Shown here one piece after another: positions 61,320-64,000 of a DNA stretch of 64,000 nucleotides. Each line of letters starts with the position of its first letter. The first letter of the stretch is position 1. Position numbers and translations under genes: made by a program. The notes under the pieces were generated by a model. That model was not told the DNA's origin, ran no database searches, and saw nothing but the letters and a program-made list of their open reading frames with translations. Source of the DNA: Azolla caroliniana (lineage: Eukaryota; Plantae; Polypodiophyta); assembly GCA_043228905.1 (NCBI GenBank), contig JBHGNT010000001.1:17732001-17796000 (forward strand), read 5' to 3'.

Positions 61320-63035
61320 TTGTTTATGAACTAGAAGGTGTGGTTGTTTGTAAGCTACAAGTCATTTAGTCACGCATAAGCTGAGCAGGAAGTGCCAATT
61401 GACATGTGGCAAGACGTCGAGACCTACGGACGACAACGAGTAGCTAGACAGATGATCTAGTAGCTGGTGGTTGACATATGGCATTTGACGAATCATGAGG
61501 GAAATCATTGATGTCACCACAAAATCAATTCCTTTAGCAAACTCTCTACACTCGTCTCTCTATCATATCAATTTGATGCAGAGGAACCGAGACGTAGCCG
61601 AGACGCAGCTGAATGATTGCCACGAGATAGTCCAAAAATAACCAAGCGACGGTTCGGTTGCCATCGGACAGACATGACCGACAACACGGCCGAGAGTCCA
61701 TCCGAGACATGGGGCCAAGAATGCAACCGAGACGCATGGCTGAGTGTACGGCCGAGACGTGTGGCCTAGAGCACAACCGAGATGCGAGAATATGGCCGAG
61801 ACGCACGGCCGAGAGTACAACCGAGAGACGCACGGCCAAGAATGCACCCGAGACGCATGGTTGAGTGTACGGCCGAGATGCGCGACCGAGAGTACGGCCA
61901 AGTGATGGCCGAGAGAAGGTTGGGCTAAGAATCGGCTAAGAGATCAGCGTCAGCCAAGAGCCTACCGAGATACGGTGACAACAGACGGTGGTGGACAGAT
62001 AGGGAGCCGGACGAAGGAGAGAAAGATACGGCCAAGCCACAGACATTCAAAGGATTGTTGACGGACGACGACGGCCGGACAGACGGTCCAGCAGTCGGCT
62101 CGCGAAATGGCCGAGAAATTGAGGCCGAAAGACGACCCCGAACAGAGCCGGCCGGTGCATAGGCACGGCCGAACCGGCCGAGAGATGACCAACATCCGAC
62201 AGAGGGCCTGAAAGACATGGCCAACGAGCAAGCCGAACAGAGACATCCGGCGTGTGGAAATATTTAATCTAAATATTATATTATTAATATTATTAAAAAT
62301 AAGTGTTTATGAAGAGTTATTTATTATAAGACTTTAGAGAAAACTCTTCATTGAAGAGACATAACTTTTTGTCCATCGGCTCTACAAACAAGTCATTTGG
62401 CTAATGTAACAATAACACAATTAATATAGAACAAATTTATGTATGTGTGTTCTCTCTCTCTAGCAATCATTCTCTATTTGTATAGTTGCCAAATTCTACA
62501 TGGTATCAAATTTATATTTCGGCATCTATTAAATAAGACTAGAGAATCCCAGGAATGTTGATTGATTTGTCATCAAGACGAGCGCTAAGCCGGATAGCCC
62601 TCTTCCATAAAAATGGCACAATCTTCAACTCCTGCCAACATTCTCAACACAGAAACTTTCATTAGTAAAGTTATCAAAGCAAATTTATCGCATTCGGAGT
62701 GCTCTACTCGAATTATTATTTCAACACTACAAACTTTGGAATGTGGTGTCAGGATTATCAACAAAACCTGAACTCCCCGGACCTAATCAAGTTATTTTGG
62801 AAGAGAAAGATCTTGTAGCAAAGATGGAATTATTAGCACATATATCAGATGTTCAAGGAGTGGTTAGAAAGTTACAAACTTCGCATCAAATTTGGGAGAA
62901 ATTAAAGACACAATCCGAACCAAAGACGGATGCAGCACAAGTGCACACACTATGTGCATATGTCACATTTACAATGAAAGAAGAAGATGATGTAGATAAT
63001 TTTCTAATAACTTGGGAAAAGAAATTGGATGATAC
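61320..63035 (+). mobile_element. 5' LTR (ends at 62500), PBS and gag fragment of a third copia family
   Basis: ..TCTACA then TGGTATCA at 62501; gag LWNVVSG..QIWEKLKTQ..TMKEEDDVDNFL (UBN2-like). The left LTR boundary is approximate. Confidence 0.7.
61586..62240. repeat. Imperfect array of (A)CGGCCGAGA / CCGAGACG motifs inside the LTR
   Basis: Roughly 20 recurrences of CCGAGA / CGGCCG-type motifs. Confidence 0.75.
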
Positions 63036-64000
63036 TATGAAATGCTCTCAAGAATAGCCTTCCTTTCATTATGTCTCAAGTTACATTTTATAGACTCTCT
63101 CTTAGCGTGGAGGGTGTTCTCCCGCTCCAATTAGCTCTACTAATTATGGGGCTTGGTGGGGGCCTAGTTTGGGTGTGGTGCATGAGGCTTGGTAGGGGCC
63201 TAATTTGGGTGTCGTCTATGTGTGGTGCATGGGGCTTGGTAGGGGCCTAATCTAGGTGTGGTCCATGTGACCACCACAATTCCCCCTTGTAAAAAAAAAG
63301 TTACTGTGCAGTCGAAGCGCGACGAGGCGTGGATGACGGTTCCAGACGGGGGGATGACACGGGCGTGGGCGTAGGCATGAGTGTGGGCGGGGGCGGTGGT
63401 AGTTGATGGAAGGGCTTCATGCGAGACTGGTGAGCAAAGGTAGAGCGGTTGTTGGAGGCGCGGCGGAGCAGGTATGTAGTGTCGCGTATCTGCTTTTGAA
63501 CTTCGAAGGGACCGATCCATCGGTGCATGAGCGATTTGCTGAGACCGCGACGACGGATGGGGAAGTAGACGAGGACTTTGTCACCGACGTGGTATTGATG
63601 GTCGACACGGCCTATATCGTGTTGTCGTTTTTGGCGTAGTTGTGCCTGGTGCAGGTTGCTCGTGATGGCTTTGCGGAGGAGGGGCTGGAGTTGTTGTAGG
63701 TGAGACCACCAAGACACTGCGTCAGCGTGGAGTCGTGTGGTTGGTTGCGGGACTGCCACTTCTGGGGGTAAGCGCGGGTCCCTTCCGTAAAGGGCCCGAA
63801 ATGGGCTAATGCGGGTAGAGGCTTGCACAGTTGTGTTGTAGGCATGCGTAACGAAGGGCAAGATTCGTTCCCAGGTTGAGTGCAGCGGATCGATGTAGGC
63901 TGAGATTTGTTGTTTTAAGGTTCGATTGAGGCGCTCCGTCAACCCATTCGTTTGCGGATGGTAGGGTGACGTGAATAACTGTTGGATTCCTAGTTGTGTT
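63036..64000 (-). mobile_element. 3' end of a GC-rich Ty3/gypsy: integrase, PPT and short LTR (~63036-63278); runs off the window
   Basis: SPYHPQTNGLTERLNRTL..LPFVTHAYNT..SPFRALYGRDPRLP..VGDKVLV..RWIGPF; PPT AAGGGGGAAT at 63279-63288, then TGTGGTGG. Confidence 0.88.

Noticed and set aside
60400-61320. Possible host gene or promoter (CT-rich tracts, short acidic reading)
   Set aside because: There is no convincing ORF or splice structure; it lies directly after a PBS and is more likely TE leader sequence and debris.

Overview
This is a gene-free window of eukaryotic (land-plant, probably bryophyte or other non-seed-plant) DNA made almost entirely of nested retrotransposons; no host gene, RNA gene or CRISPR array is supportable. 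The dominant component is six copies of one compact (~5.3 kb) Tnt1/Tork-like Ty1/copia family, all on the minus strand (1987-6764, ~12958-16844, 20902-26254, 42956-48413, 48421-53784, 54926-60265). Two of them have intact 1358-aa gag-pol ORFs, and one has LTRs that read as identical. They are inserted into older remnants: a second copia family (Bryco/RLC5-like by recollection), a fungal-type Ty3/gypsy family, an Athila/Tat-type gypsy with an antisense extra ORF, an L1-type LINE and several solo or recombinant LTRs. The best candidate for an undescribed system is a capsid-module swap in the Tork-like family: two strongly diverged Gag-capsid types are joined at the same point to a near-identical NC-PR-INT-RT-RH module, and the youngest copy looks mosaic. 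Other leads are two insertions 2 bp apart with overlapping TSDs, a conserved three-palindrome LTR promoter with variable CCGG arrays, a PPT-bracketed 3' extension with a repeated W(S/A)DVV(K/N)G motif in the second copia family, and a gypsy integrase that looks animal-like. Lineage names and similarity levels are by eye or from memory and need database confirmation.
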